From: Terriglobia bacterium
GTDB lineage: Bacteria; Acidobacteriota; Terriglobia; 20CM-2-55-15
Direction of reading: 5' to 3'
Length of the DNA: 64,000 nt
Assembly (NCBI GenBank): GCA_963664115.2
Contig: CAXWPJ010000010.1
Span: forward strand, 32,001 to 96,000
In this document: positions 45,167 through 55,027 of the stretch, in pieces
How the letters are laid out: each line of letters opens with the position of its first letter
Position numbering within the stretch: the stretch's first letter is position 1
The notes under the pieces: model-generated
Database searches by the model: none
The model's input: only the letters and a program-made list of their open reading frames with translations
What the model was told of the DNA's origin: nothing
Program-made: the position numbers and the translations under genes

Positions 45167-45751
45167 GTGGTCAGTAGACGCCAATTTTTCTCGGGTTTTA
45201 TAAAGGGGCCACAGGGGGTTCCTCTTTCGGAAGAGGACCGGGAGGCACGCTACCAGGCGCTGGAAACTCATGTTCAGACAAAACTGCTCCCGACTCGTTT
45301 CGCGCTCACCGAAACAGAACAATCCCAATTGTCATCTCGTATTCGCGCTTTCCTCGGCAGGACGAGCGATGCGGACCTCCTGTCAACGGGCATCATCACT
45401 CGCTTGAAGCTGTTGGTTGAGGATGTCCTCGAACCCTGGCAGATGTCGGGCGACGCAGTCACGGCCCGGAAAAAACCCCAGGAATTAATGTTCGCGGCCA
45501 TAGAAAGCGTGCCGTTATTTTTGAAGGCGGCGACTCAGGAACAAATCGATTCTCTGATGAAAAGGTTTGAACTCATCAACAGACTCGACCTTGAAGTGCG
45601 TCTTCGAGAAGACGTCGCAATCTGGATCCAGAGCATGGAGGAGACAGAGCTGCGCGAATGCGACACCGAGAGCATCCAGGAGTCCGCTTTCGCTCATCTC
45701 AGCGAGTTAATTCAAGGGGACGTACACTTCAGAATCGATTCTCGATTCTGA
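45167..45751 (+). CDS. Hypothetical protein
   Basis: 194-aa ORF after xdhC with AAGGA RBS. Begins SRRQFF but has no hydrophobic h-region. Confidence 0.6.
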   Translation: MVSRRQFFSGFIKGPQGVPLSEEDREARYQALETHVQTKLLPTRFALTETEQSQLSSRIRAFLGRTSDADLLSTGIITRLKLLVEDVLEPWQMSGDAVTARKKPQELMFAAIESVPLFLKAATQEQIDSLMKRFELINRLDLEVRLREDVAIWIQSMEETELRECDTESIQESAFAHLSELIQGDVHFRIDSRF

Positions 45752-45781
45752 AGTGTACGTCCCCTTTTCGGCACGCCTGCA

Positions 45782-46375
45782 TCAGCCGCCCGAAGACTTA
45801 CCCAAATACCGCACGATGAGCAAGGTCATGTCGTCCCCCTGCTGGGCGCCCTGACAAAATTTCGCGACTGCGTTAAGGATGGCGTTCTGTAGTCCTTCCG
45901 CCGACTGACCCGCGTTCGAGCGAACGACCTCCGATAAGCGATCCATGCCGAATTCCTCGTCATGGACGTCAGTGGCTTCGTTGATCCCGTCGGTAAACAT
46001 CACCAGAGTGTCACCGGGTTCGAGCTGGGTGGATTTCGAAGAGAATTCCGCATCTGGAAACAGTCCGATGGGGAAACTCTCCGACTCAAAAGGCGCCGTC
46101 ACCTCAGTTCCTCGAAGCAACAGGGCCGAATGATGACCGGCGTTGATGAATTCGGCACGACCATCCTCGCCCATGACCCCCAGGAAAACAGTGGCGTAAT
46201 TGTGGGGTTCCGAGCGCGTCCAGAGGTACTGATTGAAGTAATTAACCAGTCGTGAGGGATCGGGCGTCAGCGTGATTCCAGAAAACCCGCCCTGCAACAT
46301 CGCAGTCAGCAATGCCGCCGACAATCCCTTACCCGACACGTCAGCAATAACGAAAGCCGCACGTTGGGCCTCTAG
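45782..46375 (-). pseudogene. 3' fragment of FHA-GAF-SpoIIE (PP2C) phosphatase, IS-interrupted
   Basis: IADVSGKG, NAGH, LEPGDTLVMFTDG, QGDDMT. Confidence 0.88.
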
Positions 46376-48224
46376 TCCCAAAACAAGCGCATAACCAGTC
46401 CGCCGAGGCCCAGTTCGCGCCGATAGAATTCGAGGCATAGAATCCCGTTCCCGGATGGCCTGTTCCAGGTATCGAGTTTCTGTTGAATCTGTTTCAGTTC
46501 AGCCTCGCTGGTGTTGGACGGTTGACAGAAACCGGGACCTCGATCGCCCGGGCTCAGAGTCATGATCGGGTCAACATCGCAGAGGCTGACGCAACACATC
46601 CACCCCGCGGAACAAGACCGGCAACCACCGGTTCCAGGCCAGGATCCGGAACAGAATGCGCCGCCCGGTGCGCACGAGTTGGCACGGCACAAGCATGAAA
46701 GCGTTCAAGAAGGTTTTGAACTCCATGCGCAGCACGGTTTGCTTCTCAGCCTGATATTTTTGGCCCCAACGTCCGGTTTCGGGAAGCAGCAATGCAAACC
46801 ACGCTTTCAGTGTCCAGGCCAGTGACGCGATCACCATGTAGGCCCAGTTGCTGGTCTGATCTCCGACCGGCATCCGCAACGCCTGAACGCCGTTCTTCAA
46901 CTGCTCAATGAGATTCTCCTGATTGCACCGTTGATTGGCACGCATCACAATCTGGTCGGCCGGATCCGAACGGTTGGTAATGTAGAAGAAGTACCGGATG
47001 TCGTCAAACAACACCTGCTCTCCTTTGGCCACCGACAGATTCTTCCGCACCACGACGACACGGTAGTCCCGATCGCAGGCTCCGGGTCGATACCGAAACT
47101 CGGCCACATCCTCACCCTGCAAGCGGATATTGTCGAAACCGCGCTGCCGAACGATCTCTTCCTTCACGTTGTCGGGACGTTGGCGCGGTTCGGTCGCCAC
47201 GTCGTATTTCGCGGGCCGTTCCAGGCGCTTCCACTGGCGCGGCTCCAGTTCATCGGCCCGGGCCTTCAGGTTCGCCATCGCGTCAATCCCGAATATGAAA
47301 CCCACCTGCTGGTCGTCCCATCCGTCCAGATGCCGGGTCTGGCTGAAGTCCGTGTCCCCGCGCAGCAGGATCTGGCGAAACCCCGCATGCCGGCACAATG
47401 CGATGGCTTGGTCGAACCGGACCGCGGCTCCTTCATGCGACGGCCGGTTGCCGCTACGATTGACCAGATACAGCGGTTCGGCGGTGTTGGCCAGCGAGAT
47501 CATCAGCGGGTGATATCCCCACGTCCCGTCGTAGGCCACGTCCATCCCTTGCTTGCATTCCCCCGTGGTTTCGGCCAGTGTCCCGTCCGCGTCCAACACC
47601 GCTTCTTCGAAAAACGCCGCCGGTTGCTGTCGCCAGACTCCGAGCCGGACTTGATTGGTTGCCTCCATCAGACACTCCACGTCGTCGGCCTCGAATCTCC
47701 GGCAGAAGTCTCCCGCCGTCGTCGGATCCGGAATCCGTTGCGCTCCCAGCGCATCCAGATACACCGCATCGTTGCGCCGCAGTTCGATGTCTTCCAGGCA
47801 CGTTCCTCCGCTCAAGGCGTTGTAGGCGATGTTCAGCACGTGATCCGACTCGTGATACGGCAGGTGCCGCTTCAACACATGCACGCCCTTGTCGATGGCT
47901 TCGATCAGCCCGGTCCGCCGCGCCACCAGTTGCATCGTCCCGATACCACCAACCGATGTGCCCCGCGTCCGCTCTCCCATCTCGTACTGAATGTTGCTCG
48001 CCGAAAACATCGGCTCTACCTGATCCGTCCAATGCCGGTCCCCAAGCCGACGTTCGATTCGCCGCTTGCGGTTCCTCATGTTCTTGCGCGTATAATCGTT
48101 CATCTGAAATGCCTCCTTTTCCGAAGAATCTGTTCAAGGTTTTTTTCGCACGGAGAGGGGGCATTTCGGGTACTTCCGCTCTTATTGCACTATCATTTCC
48201 TCGTCAATCACGCTTGTTCAGGGG
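46376..48224 (-). mobile_element. IS1380-family insertion sequence (1849 bp) with CTAG target-site duplication
   Basis: CTAG at 46372-46375 and 48225-48228. Imperfect terminal IRs TCCCAAAACAAGCG / CCCCTGAACAAGCG. Removing the element restores the host reading frame. Confidence 0.9.
46571..48103 (-). CDS. IS1380-family DDE transposase
   Basis: LDADGT, GYHPL, GNRPSH, LLRGDTDF, QRCNQENLIEQLKNG. Confidence 0.9.
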   Translation of the reverse strand: MNDYTRKNMRNRKRRIERRLGDRHWTDQVEPMFSASNIQYEMGERTRGTSVGGIGTMQLVARRTGLIEAIDKGVHVLKRHLPYHESDHVLNIAYNALSGGTCLEDIELRRNDAVYLDALGAQRIPDPTTAGDFCRRFEADDVECLMEATNQVRLGVWRQQPAAFFEEAVLDADGTLAETTGECKQGMDVAYDGTWGYHPLMISLANTAEPLYLVNRSGNRPSHEGAAVRFDQAIALCRHAGFRQILLRGDTDFSQTRHLDGWDDQQVGFIFGIDAMANLKARADELEPRQWKRLERPAKYDVATEPRQRPDNVKEEIVRQRGFDNIRLQGEDVAEFRYRPGACDRDYRVVVVRKNLSVAKGEQVLFDDIRYFFYITNRSDPADQIVMRANQRCNQENLIEQLKNGVQALRMPVGDQTSNWAYMVIASLAWTLKAWFALLLPETGRWGQKYQAEKQTVLRMEFKTFLNAFMLVPCQLVRTGRRILFRILAWNRWLPVLFRGVDVLRQPLRC

Positions 48225-49320
48225 CTAGTTCCACAACATCGAAATAGTCACCGCCTACGGAATAGCACGACTCGTTGAGTCCCGACACGTCAAGGAAATC
48301 GATTTGCTTGAAGCCTTTGGGCAGTAGGCGTTGCTGGATCTCGCGTGCGACCGTCAGATCCTGCTCAATCTGGCGACGTTCGCGCTCACGCTCCATCAGT
48401 CGGGCATTGTCCATGACGCTGGCCGCTTCGATGGCAAGCGCGTCCAGTATCTGTGACCCGAGACCTGAAAATGCCGCAGGCTTCCGGCTGTCCAGATACA
48501 GGAGTCCGAGCAATGAGCTGCCTGAGGAAATGTTTGTCGTGTCTGAAGCATCGCTCTCGGCATGCGCGTAGAGAGGGATCGCTATCACCGACCGCAGTTG
48601 CTGATTGACGATGCTGGCGGCCTGTTTGACTGATTCATCTGCGAGTTCGATATCCTTCTGAATGAAACCTCGACGCTCTCGAAGGGCGTGTTTGATCGCC
48701 GTCTCGCTCGGTGCCAGGGATTTAACGGGCAGATTAAATCCACCCCGGCTCCGGGCTACAACGGGTTCCCGCTTCCCTTCCCCATCCGAAGCCAGCAGCA
48801 ATCCGCGGTCTGCTTCCGTGATCAGGATCGCCCGGTCCACCATGGCTCCAAGGACTTCAAGATAGGGCATGCGCGACTGCAGAAGCGTCGTGGCCTCGAG
48901 CAGAAGACTCAGGTGGCGCAGGTCGTGCCCACCCGTGTCGTCAGCCTCTATTGTTCCAAAACGCGAAAGGAGATCGCTGAGCGACTCCTGAGTCGCGCCG
49001 ACACGAAAAATCAGTTGAATCGCTTCAGTGTTGGAGAACGTAACGACGGCCCCGGACATTAGAGCCATGGACCCCTCGACCTGGACGCCGTTCACGAACA
49101 GTCCGCGGCGTTGGCCGAGATCCTCGATAAAATACTCATCACCACGGCAGACGATGGCCGCGGACTTCCGGGACACGCGAACATCATTGATATCAAGATC
49201 GTTACCGTCCCCACCACGTCCTACGTGGAACGGATATCGGCTTACTGGTACGGAACGTACGATTTCGCCATCTTCGACAATGTCGATAACCGTTTCTTGT
49301 GAGGGGGCAACCTTGGACAT
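48225..49320 (-). pseudogene. 5' fragment of FHA-GAF-SpoIIE phosphatase, IS-interrupted
   Basis: FHA (VGR, VSR, DLG..GLFVNG), GAF (LRSVIAIPL, GLLYLDS), AREIQQRLLP, VGGDYFD. Confidence 0.88.
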
Positions 49321-49409
49321 ATTGCTCGCATGGTTTGGACGCCGCAGGCGGAGGTTCCCAGCGACGGCGCCCGTCATCATATGCGGGAAATTACAAAGAC
49401 ATGACTGCG

Positions 49410-49757
49410 TCAGCTACTGAGCGCACTGACCGCTGCCGCTTCATCTTCATAGGTATCGAAAACCGTCAGCAGCTTCGTCATTTGAAGGAGGTCTTTCGCT
49501 CTCTTGGTGAGGTTCAGCAGATTGACATTGCCCTCTCTGTTCTTAAGCGACGTATATGTGGTCACCAACTCCCCGAGGCCGGAGCTGTCGATGTAGGACA
49601 CGTCACCCAAATTGAGGACGAACTTGCGGCTGCCATCGTCAACGAAGCGCTTGACCGCTTGCCTGAACGACAACACAGGCTCACCTATCGTCAGCTTGCC
49701 TGACATGTCAATGATTACCACCCCATCCACTTTGCGCGTGTTCAATGATAACGACAT
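49410..49757 (-). CDS. STAS-domain anti-sigma factor antagonist
   Basis: VSYIDSSGLGELV, LLQMTKLLTVF. Confidence 0.92.
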   Translation of the reverse strand: MSLSLNTRKVDGVVIIDMSGKLTIGEPVLSFRQAVKRFVDDGSRKFVLNLGDVSYIDSSGLGELVTTYTSLKNREGNVNLLNLTKRAKDLLQMTKLLTVFDTYEDEAAAVSALSS

Positions 49758-50014
49758 AGATATCTCCTGATGAATTGGCCAAAGCTACTGACACTCTATG
49801 GCGCGCCGCCGAACATTCGCAACCAAAAACACCTGAACGAAAACGGGATTTCCAAGCTGAGCCAAATCAGGCCGTCCCTGGCCACACCGACTTTAATTGA
49901 TCCTGATTCCTTCCTTCCGTATGATTTACCATACCAGCGGACGTACACTTCAGAATTTGGGACGAATTCTGAAGTGTACGTGCCCTAATCGAAATTTCAA
50001 CGCAGGAGATCTCT

Positions 50015-50611
50015 ATGAAAAGCTTGGCTGCCATCACAATCGGGTTCCTTATTGTCGGATTCGTGAGTGGTCAACTTTCGCCGCTGGCATTTGGACAGAC
50101 CGGCGACGGGTGGATCACGCTGTTTGACGGTTCTAACCTCGATGGCTGGAACATGATCGGTGACGCCAATTGGGAGCTGGCCGACGATGGTTCCGTTGGA
50201 GCCGACAGCGGCAACGGATTTCTCGTGACGGCAGCCTCGTATGGAGACTTCGAACTCCGCTTGGAGTTCTGGGTGGACGAACCCGCCAACAGCGGCATCT
50301 TCATCCGCTGCGCCGATCCAGGGAATGTCTCACCCGCAAGTTCCTACGAAGTGAACATCTTCGACACCCGCCCCGACCAAACATACCGAAGCGGCGGCAT
50401 CGTGAACGTTGCGGCGCCTGATTCTGTTATCAACACTGGAGGTCAGTGGAACACATACGAGATCAGAGCCGATGGGCCACGCCTTATGGTGACTCTCAAT
50501 GGGGTACAGACAGTCGACGTCGAGCACGGTGAATTCGCAGCAGGCGCCATCGCACTCCAATATGGGGCGGGTATTGTGAAGTTCCGGAACGTCGCCATCC
50601 GGCCTCTGTAA
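50015..50611 (+). CDS. DUF1080 (3-keto-disaccharide hydrolase-like) secreted protein
   Basis: GWITLFDGSNLDGW, NSGIFIR, YEVNI, QWNTYEI, IALQ, VKFRNV. Confidence 0.88.
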   Translation: MKSLAAITIGFLIVGFVSGQLSPLAFGQTGDGWITLFDGSNLDGWNMIGDANWELADDGSVGADSGNGFLVTAASYGDFELRLEFWVDEPANSGIFIRCADPGNVSPASSYEVNIFDTRPDQTYRSGGIVNVAAPDSVINTGGQWNTYEIRADGPRLMVTLNGVQTVDVEHGEFAAGAIALQYGAGIVKFRNVAIRPL

Positions 50612-50623
50612 ATTACCTGAAAT

Positions 50624-50731
50624 CCGCAGGTGCGATCATGAACCGCACCTGCGGTAGAAAAACATCAGGACTCGTAATACGTCCCGCCATTGCGAAGCCC
50701 TCTCATCTGTAGGTGCGCTCTGTGAGCGGAC
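50624..50731. repeat. Degenerate REP-like palindromes (hairpin 50624-50654; GTAG REP 50709-50731)
   Basis: CCGCAGGTGCG..CGCACCTGCGG and GTAGGTGCGCTCTGTGAGCGGAC, the same family as 369-489. Confidence 0.65.
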
Positions 50732-50823
50732 GGTGTCTTGCCTATAACTCCTTTCTTCAATATCCTGTACCGAGTTCTCAGGAAATCTTTTCATTTTGTC
50801 CGACTCGGAGGTTTGCGCCCCCC

Positions 50824-52425
50824 ATGTTTCCATCCATTATTCGCCACATTTTGTTCGCTCTAGTCCTCATCGCTCCCAATATATCGATAGCGGGGGCGCA
50901 GGACGGCGAGACTCCCCAACTGCCTGATGTTTTCAACGACCCGCTGCCGCTCTACACGAAAGCCCTTGGAAACTTTACCCGTCCGATCTCTTCGACCAAC
51001 CCGGAAGCACAAGCATATTTTGATCAGGGTTATCAGATGATGTACGCCTTTGCCACAGAGGATGCCGCCCGGTCGTTCCGGGAGTCGTGGAAACGTGATC
51101 CGGACTGTGCGATCTGTTACTGGGGAGAGGCCTGGGCGTGGGGCTCCTATCTCAACCGCCCGATGCCGCCATCCGAGGCCCCGCACGCCTACACCGCTAT
51201 CCGGAAAGCGCTCGACCTCGCGGACGATCATGCCGACGGTAGAGAAAAGGATTTGATCGAAGCGATGTCCCTACGTTATATCGAGGACTTTGATCCCGAA
51301 AGACGCCTCGAATACGTACAGGCCTATGCCGAGGCGATGCGGCCGCTCTATGAAAAGTATCCGGATGATCTCGATATCGCGACCCACTATGCGGATGCGC
51401 TTTTCCTCCTGGAACCCCGCCGTGGTACCCGGGACCTCGACGATCCCAACGTAATGCGGCTTCACGGTGTGCTGGAGGGCATTCTGGCCACGGACATCCG
51501 GCACACGGGCGCATGTCATCTCTACATCCACGCCACCGAGTCAACCGCTGACCCGGGGAAGGCGGAGGCCTGCGCCGAGTACATCGGGAGCTCGATACCC
51601 GGCGCGAGCCACATCAACCACATGCCGTCGCACACCTGGAATGAAATCGGCCGATGGGGGGATGCGGTCCGCGCCAACATCCAGGCCTGGCACTCGGACC
51701 TGAAAGCGCCCATCGGAGAAGGGTTCGCGATCTACCCCGAGCACAACCTGCACATGCTGCTATTCGCCGGGTCGATGGACGGGCAGGGTGCCATCGCCAT
51801 TCAGGCCGGCAGAGACTACGCCAAGCTGGCGGAAACGAACATGTACCATGTCCTGACGCTGGTCCGGTTCGGCCGGTTCGACGAAATTCTGGAGATCACC
51901 GAGCGTCCCGAGACGGGGATCTATGCCGGCATGTGGAATTTCGCGCAGGGTTATGCGCGTCTTCGTATGGACGAGATCGACTTCGCGCGAGCGTACCTGA
52001 ACCGCGTACTTGAAAGCGCACAATCCGACGCGAATTTTCGGCGTCATTCGGCCGAGCAGCTTTTGGGAACGGTTGCGGGCATCCTTGAAGGAGAGATTCA
52101 TCGCGCGGAAGGCGATCTCGAAGCGGCGATTGTTGCCTTCCAACGCGCGGTTCTCATCGAGGACGCACTCGAGTACGACGAGCCCGAGCCCCTGCCTTTT
52201 GCCGCCCGTCACTGGCTGGGGGCAGCGCTTCTTGAACAGGGGAGATACCCCGATGCGGAACGCGTCTACCGCGAAGAACTCGAAGACCACCCTCACAACG
52301 GATGGTCGCTGTTTGGCCTGAAAGCCGCGCTCGAAGCCCAGGGCCGGACATCTCAAGACGTTGATGCCGACTTCGAGGCCAGCTGGGCAAGATCGGACAC
52401 CTGGATTACGGGGTCGAGGTTTTAA
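50824..52425 (+). CDS. Secreted TPR-like protein with His-rich motifs
   Basis: AQAYFDQG, DPDCAICYWGEAWA, HLYIH, HINHMPSH, HPHNGWSLFGL. Confidence 0.82.
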   Translation: MFPSIIRHILFALVLIAPNISIAGAQDGETPQLPDVFNDPLPLYTKALGNFTRPISSTNPEAQAYFDQGYQMMYAFATEDAARSFRESWKRDPDCAICYWGEAWAWGSYLNRPMPPSEAPHAYTAIRKALDLADDHADGREKDLIEAMSLRYIEDFDPERRLEYVQAYAEAMRPLYEKYPDDLDIATHYADALFLLEPRRGTRDLDDPNVMRLHGVLEGILATDIRHTGACHLYIHATESTADPGKAEACAEYIGSSIPGASHINHMPSHTWNEIGRWGDAVRANIQAWHSDLKAPIGEGFAIYPEHNLHMLLFAGSMDGQGAIAIQAGRDYAKLAETNMYHVLTLVRFGRFDEILEITERPETGIYAGMWNFAQGYARLRMDEIDFARAYLNRVLESAQSDANFRRHSAEQLLGTVAGILEGEIHRAEGDLEAAIVAFQRAVLIEDALEYDEPEPLPFAARHWLGAALLEQGRYPDAERVYREELEDHPHNGWSLFGLKAALEAQGRTSQDVDADFEASWARSDTWITGSRF

Positions 52426-52609
52426 GCGGCAAGGTTAGCCCTATTCCAACGCAGCCCCAACTCCGGCCCGAATCAACGTCGCCGAAACTGGTGCGAACAT
52501 TGCAGGAACGCGTGCCGGTGCTGCATGGGTTAAGCGCTGGCTGAACCAGCATTTCACACAATTCGCAGGCAGGAGGAATTCCCTCTCTCGGGCCCGAGGG
52601 CCGGGCGGC

Positions 52610-52990
52610 TCAATCTGGAAGGGCGTCTTTGGGCGAGCGGTAAACGCAAACGGATCGAACACGGGTCGTGATAATTGTGTCTTCACTCGATACGATTTCC
52701 AGACTGAAGCCAACATAGATGCCACCGAGCTTCAGAAACCCTCCACCCAGCGAACTGCCTGCAAGATGGGCGCGTGTTTTTTCTGGAAAGAAACGACCGC
52801 CTCGAACGAGGATTTGCCGGGAGAACCCATCGATGGCGGTGATCTCATAAATACTGTTGCGCGTCTGAACATGAATCTCTGTGAAATCATCCACAGACTC
52901 TAACTGGAGTCCGTCGCTCCAGTCATGGTTCACCCACGTGTCAAGAATGCGGGAGGCAGGGTAGGTGCCCGTGTCATTCATGTTTCCCAT
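52610..52990 (-). CDS. Hypothetical protein
   Basis: 126-aa ORF with protein-like composition (VQTRNSIYEI, VRGGRFFPE, GSSLGGGFLK). Confidence 0.65.
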   Translation of the reverse strand: MGNMNDTGTYPASRILDTWVNHDWSDGLQLESVDDFTEIHVQTRNSIYEITAIDGFSRQILVRGGRFFPEKTRAHLAGSSLGGGFLKLGGIYVGFSLEIVSSEDTIITTRVRSVCVYRSPKDALPD

Positions 52991-53527
52991 CCGCTATGTT
53001 TACTATCCTCTATCGCAATTTTATCAGCCCGCCTGCCCAGCAGGCTCGGCAATTCGAAGTTCAGAAAGAGTTTGCCCGCGGGTCTGGGCCTTGGCCGATA
53101 TCGCGCTCATAGAAATCGCCAATACAAGTCCGACGTAAGTGGGAGTAGAGTTCATAGCTCTTTTAACAAGATAATCCGGTGACCGCTGGATCGTAAAGAT
53201 AAATCTCTCCCGGAAGTCTTTGTACTGGGTCAATCCACGGCAGGATCGTTTTCGCTTCGGAATCCATTCGGCACGCATCTTGCAGTTTGACGTTCGCAGC
53301 TTGACGTGCTCGCTTGCCCGGACGCCGGGCAACAACATGATGGACCAGTGGGGTGCGGATGAAAAACACTTGTGTTTCTTTGAGAACTGAAGTAACACGC
53401 ACTTCAATCCACCTTCTTGTCGAAGGGCCGGCGATCTATAGCGAGCCATGAGGAAGAACGTTTTTACGTCAATGTCATAGTACATCTGGTTGTATAAGGG
53501 ACTGGGTTTCAGAATAGAAAGCGAGGA

Positions 53528-53977
53528 ATGAAATTTATGGCGAAAACGACGATACGAGTTGCCTTGTCGCTGACTCTGGGCTTGTGGGTAGCTTCAACGC
53601 CGACGTTTGCACACCACGGAAGAGCAGGCACGTACGCCGGCGCAGAACCGGTAACCTCAGAAGCAACAGTAATTCGTTTCGACTATAAAAATCCTCATGT
53701 GCGAATCTATTTTGAAACCAGGGACGATAACGGCGACGTCACGCGCTGGAGTGGGGAAATGGCAAACATATCCCAATTTGTCAGAGCCGGCTGGACTAAG
53801 GTGCGTATGGAAGAACAGTTACAAGCGGAAACAATACTTACATTTACCTACGTGCCATCCACTGTGCCCTATTCTCCCGGCGACACCCGCGAGTCGATCG
53901 TAATGAGGATGATCAATGCGGACAACGAAGTCGTCGGTTTGGTGCGCGGAGGACTGGCCGAGGCGTTGGCGCCGTAG
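53528..53977 (+). CDS. DUF6152 family protein
   Basis: Signal TFA|HH; YKNPHV; WSGEM; RAGW. Confidence 0.8.
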   Translation: MKFMAKTTIRVALSLTLGLWVASTPTFAHHGRAGTYAGAEPVTSEATVIRFDYKNPHVRIYFETRDDNGDVTRWSGEMANISQFVRAGWTKVRMEEQLQAETILTFTYVPSTVPYSPGDTRESIVMRMINADNEVVGLVRGGLAEALAP

Positions 53978-54037
53978 CTTCGAACTCATTTGTTCTCGAG
54001 TGTCCACAACATCTGAATTCGCAACGAGGGTATTACA

Positions 54038-54937
54038 ATGCGCGGTTTCTTCACGATTTTGATGGGCTTGTTTGGCGTTTTGATCGTCGTGTCGGCCACA
54101 CCTGTAGAGGGTCGTCAGAGCGCCGATCGGCCGACGGCGAGCTCGACGGATTCGGATACGTTCGATCCCCGGGACTTCTCTGGAGTTTGGGGCCGTTTTG
54201 GAGGACGCGAAGGACGCGGGAATGCCCAGGGCGGCGCCCCATTCCCAGAAAAGGGAGACGATGGCTTCGGGATTGAAGTACCCCCCTTTACACCAGAAGG
54301 ACAAGCGAAGTTCGACAGCTATAAGCCCGGCTACGGTCGGCCCCTGGGCAGCGCGGCCGCTGCGGCTCGACCCGACGAACATATCGGCCGTCGTAGAGCC
54401 GTCCCTCCAGCAGAACAAAACGATCCCGCGTCCCTCTGCTCGCCATACGGCGTCACACGCCTCATCCTGACCAGTTATTTCTCCACGGTTGAGTTCGTTC
54501 ACGCAAGTGACAGGATCATCCAGAACTTCGCGTGGATGAAGGACTTCCGAAACATTTGGACGGACGGACGGGAGCTTCCCACGGAAATAGATCTTCCGAA
54601 TTGGAACGGCTACTCGATTGGCCGCTGGGAGGGAGACACGCTCGTCGTCGAGTCATACGGCTTCGAAGAAAGCACCTGGCTGGATCGCTATGGCTATCCA
54701 CATAGCGGCGAAATGAGGTTGGAAGAGCGCTACCGTCGAATCGCCACGGACCGGTTGGAGCTCATTATGACCGTCACCGATCCGCTGATATATACCGAAC
54801 CCTGGGTCAGCGGACGCAAAGTCTTCCGGAAACTGGCGAGAGAAGAATCGAGCATCAACGGATGGTACGAGCTTTTCGACGAACGATGCGTACCGGTGGA
54901 CGAGATCGATTTCAACGAAAACGTTCGCGCGGGCTAG
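54038..54937 (+). CDS. Secreted conserved hypothetical protein (GRWEGDTLVV family, DUF6152 partner)
   Basis: DPRDFSGVW, NDPASLCSPYG, GYSIGRWEGDTLVVES, DPLIYTEPW, DERC; paralog of 12923. Confidence 0.8.
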   Translation: MRGFFTILMGLFGVLIVVSATPVEGRQSADRPTASSTDSDTFDPRDFSGVWGRFGGREGRGNAQGGAPFPEKGDDGFGIEVPPFTPEGQAKFDSYKPGYGRPLGSAAAAARPDEHIGRRRAVPPAEQNDPASLCSPYGVTRLILTSYFSTVEFVHASDRIIQNFAWMKDFRNIWTDGRELPTEIDLPNWNGYSIGRWEGDTLVVESYGFEESTWLDRYGYPHSGEMRLEERYRRIATDRLELIMTVTDPLIYTEPWVSGRKVFRKLAREESSINGWYELFDERCVPVDEIDFNENVRAG

Positions 54938-55027
54938 AAGGGAACGGACAGTTCCGGCGAAACGCACTAGCCAGGCCACAATGTTGCATGAAGTGTCCGT
55001 CCCTTGCCTGAAGTATCCGTCCCCTTA

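Noticed and set aside
46376-46438. Stand-alone SpoIIE gene starting at 46438
   Set aside because: The start lies inside the IS; the ORF is the 3' half of the interrupted gene.
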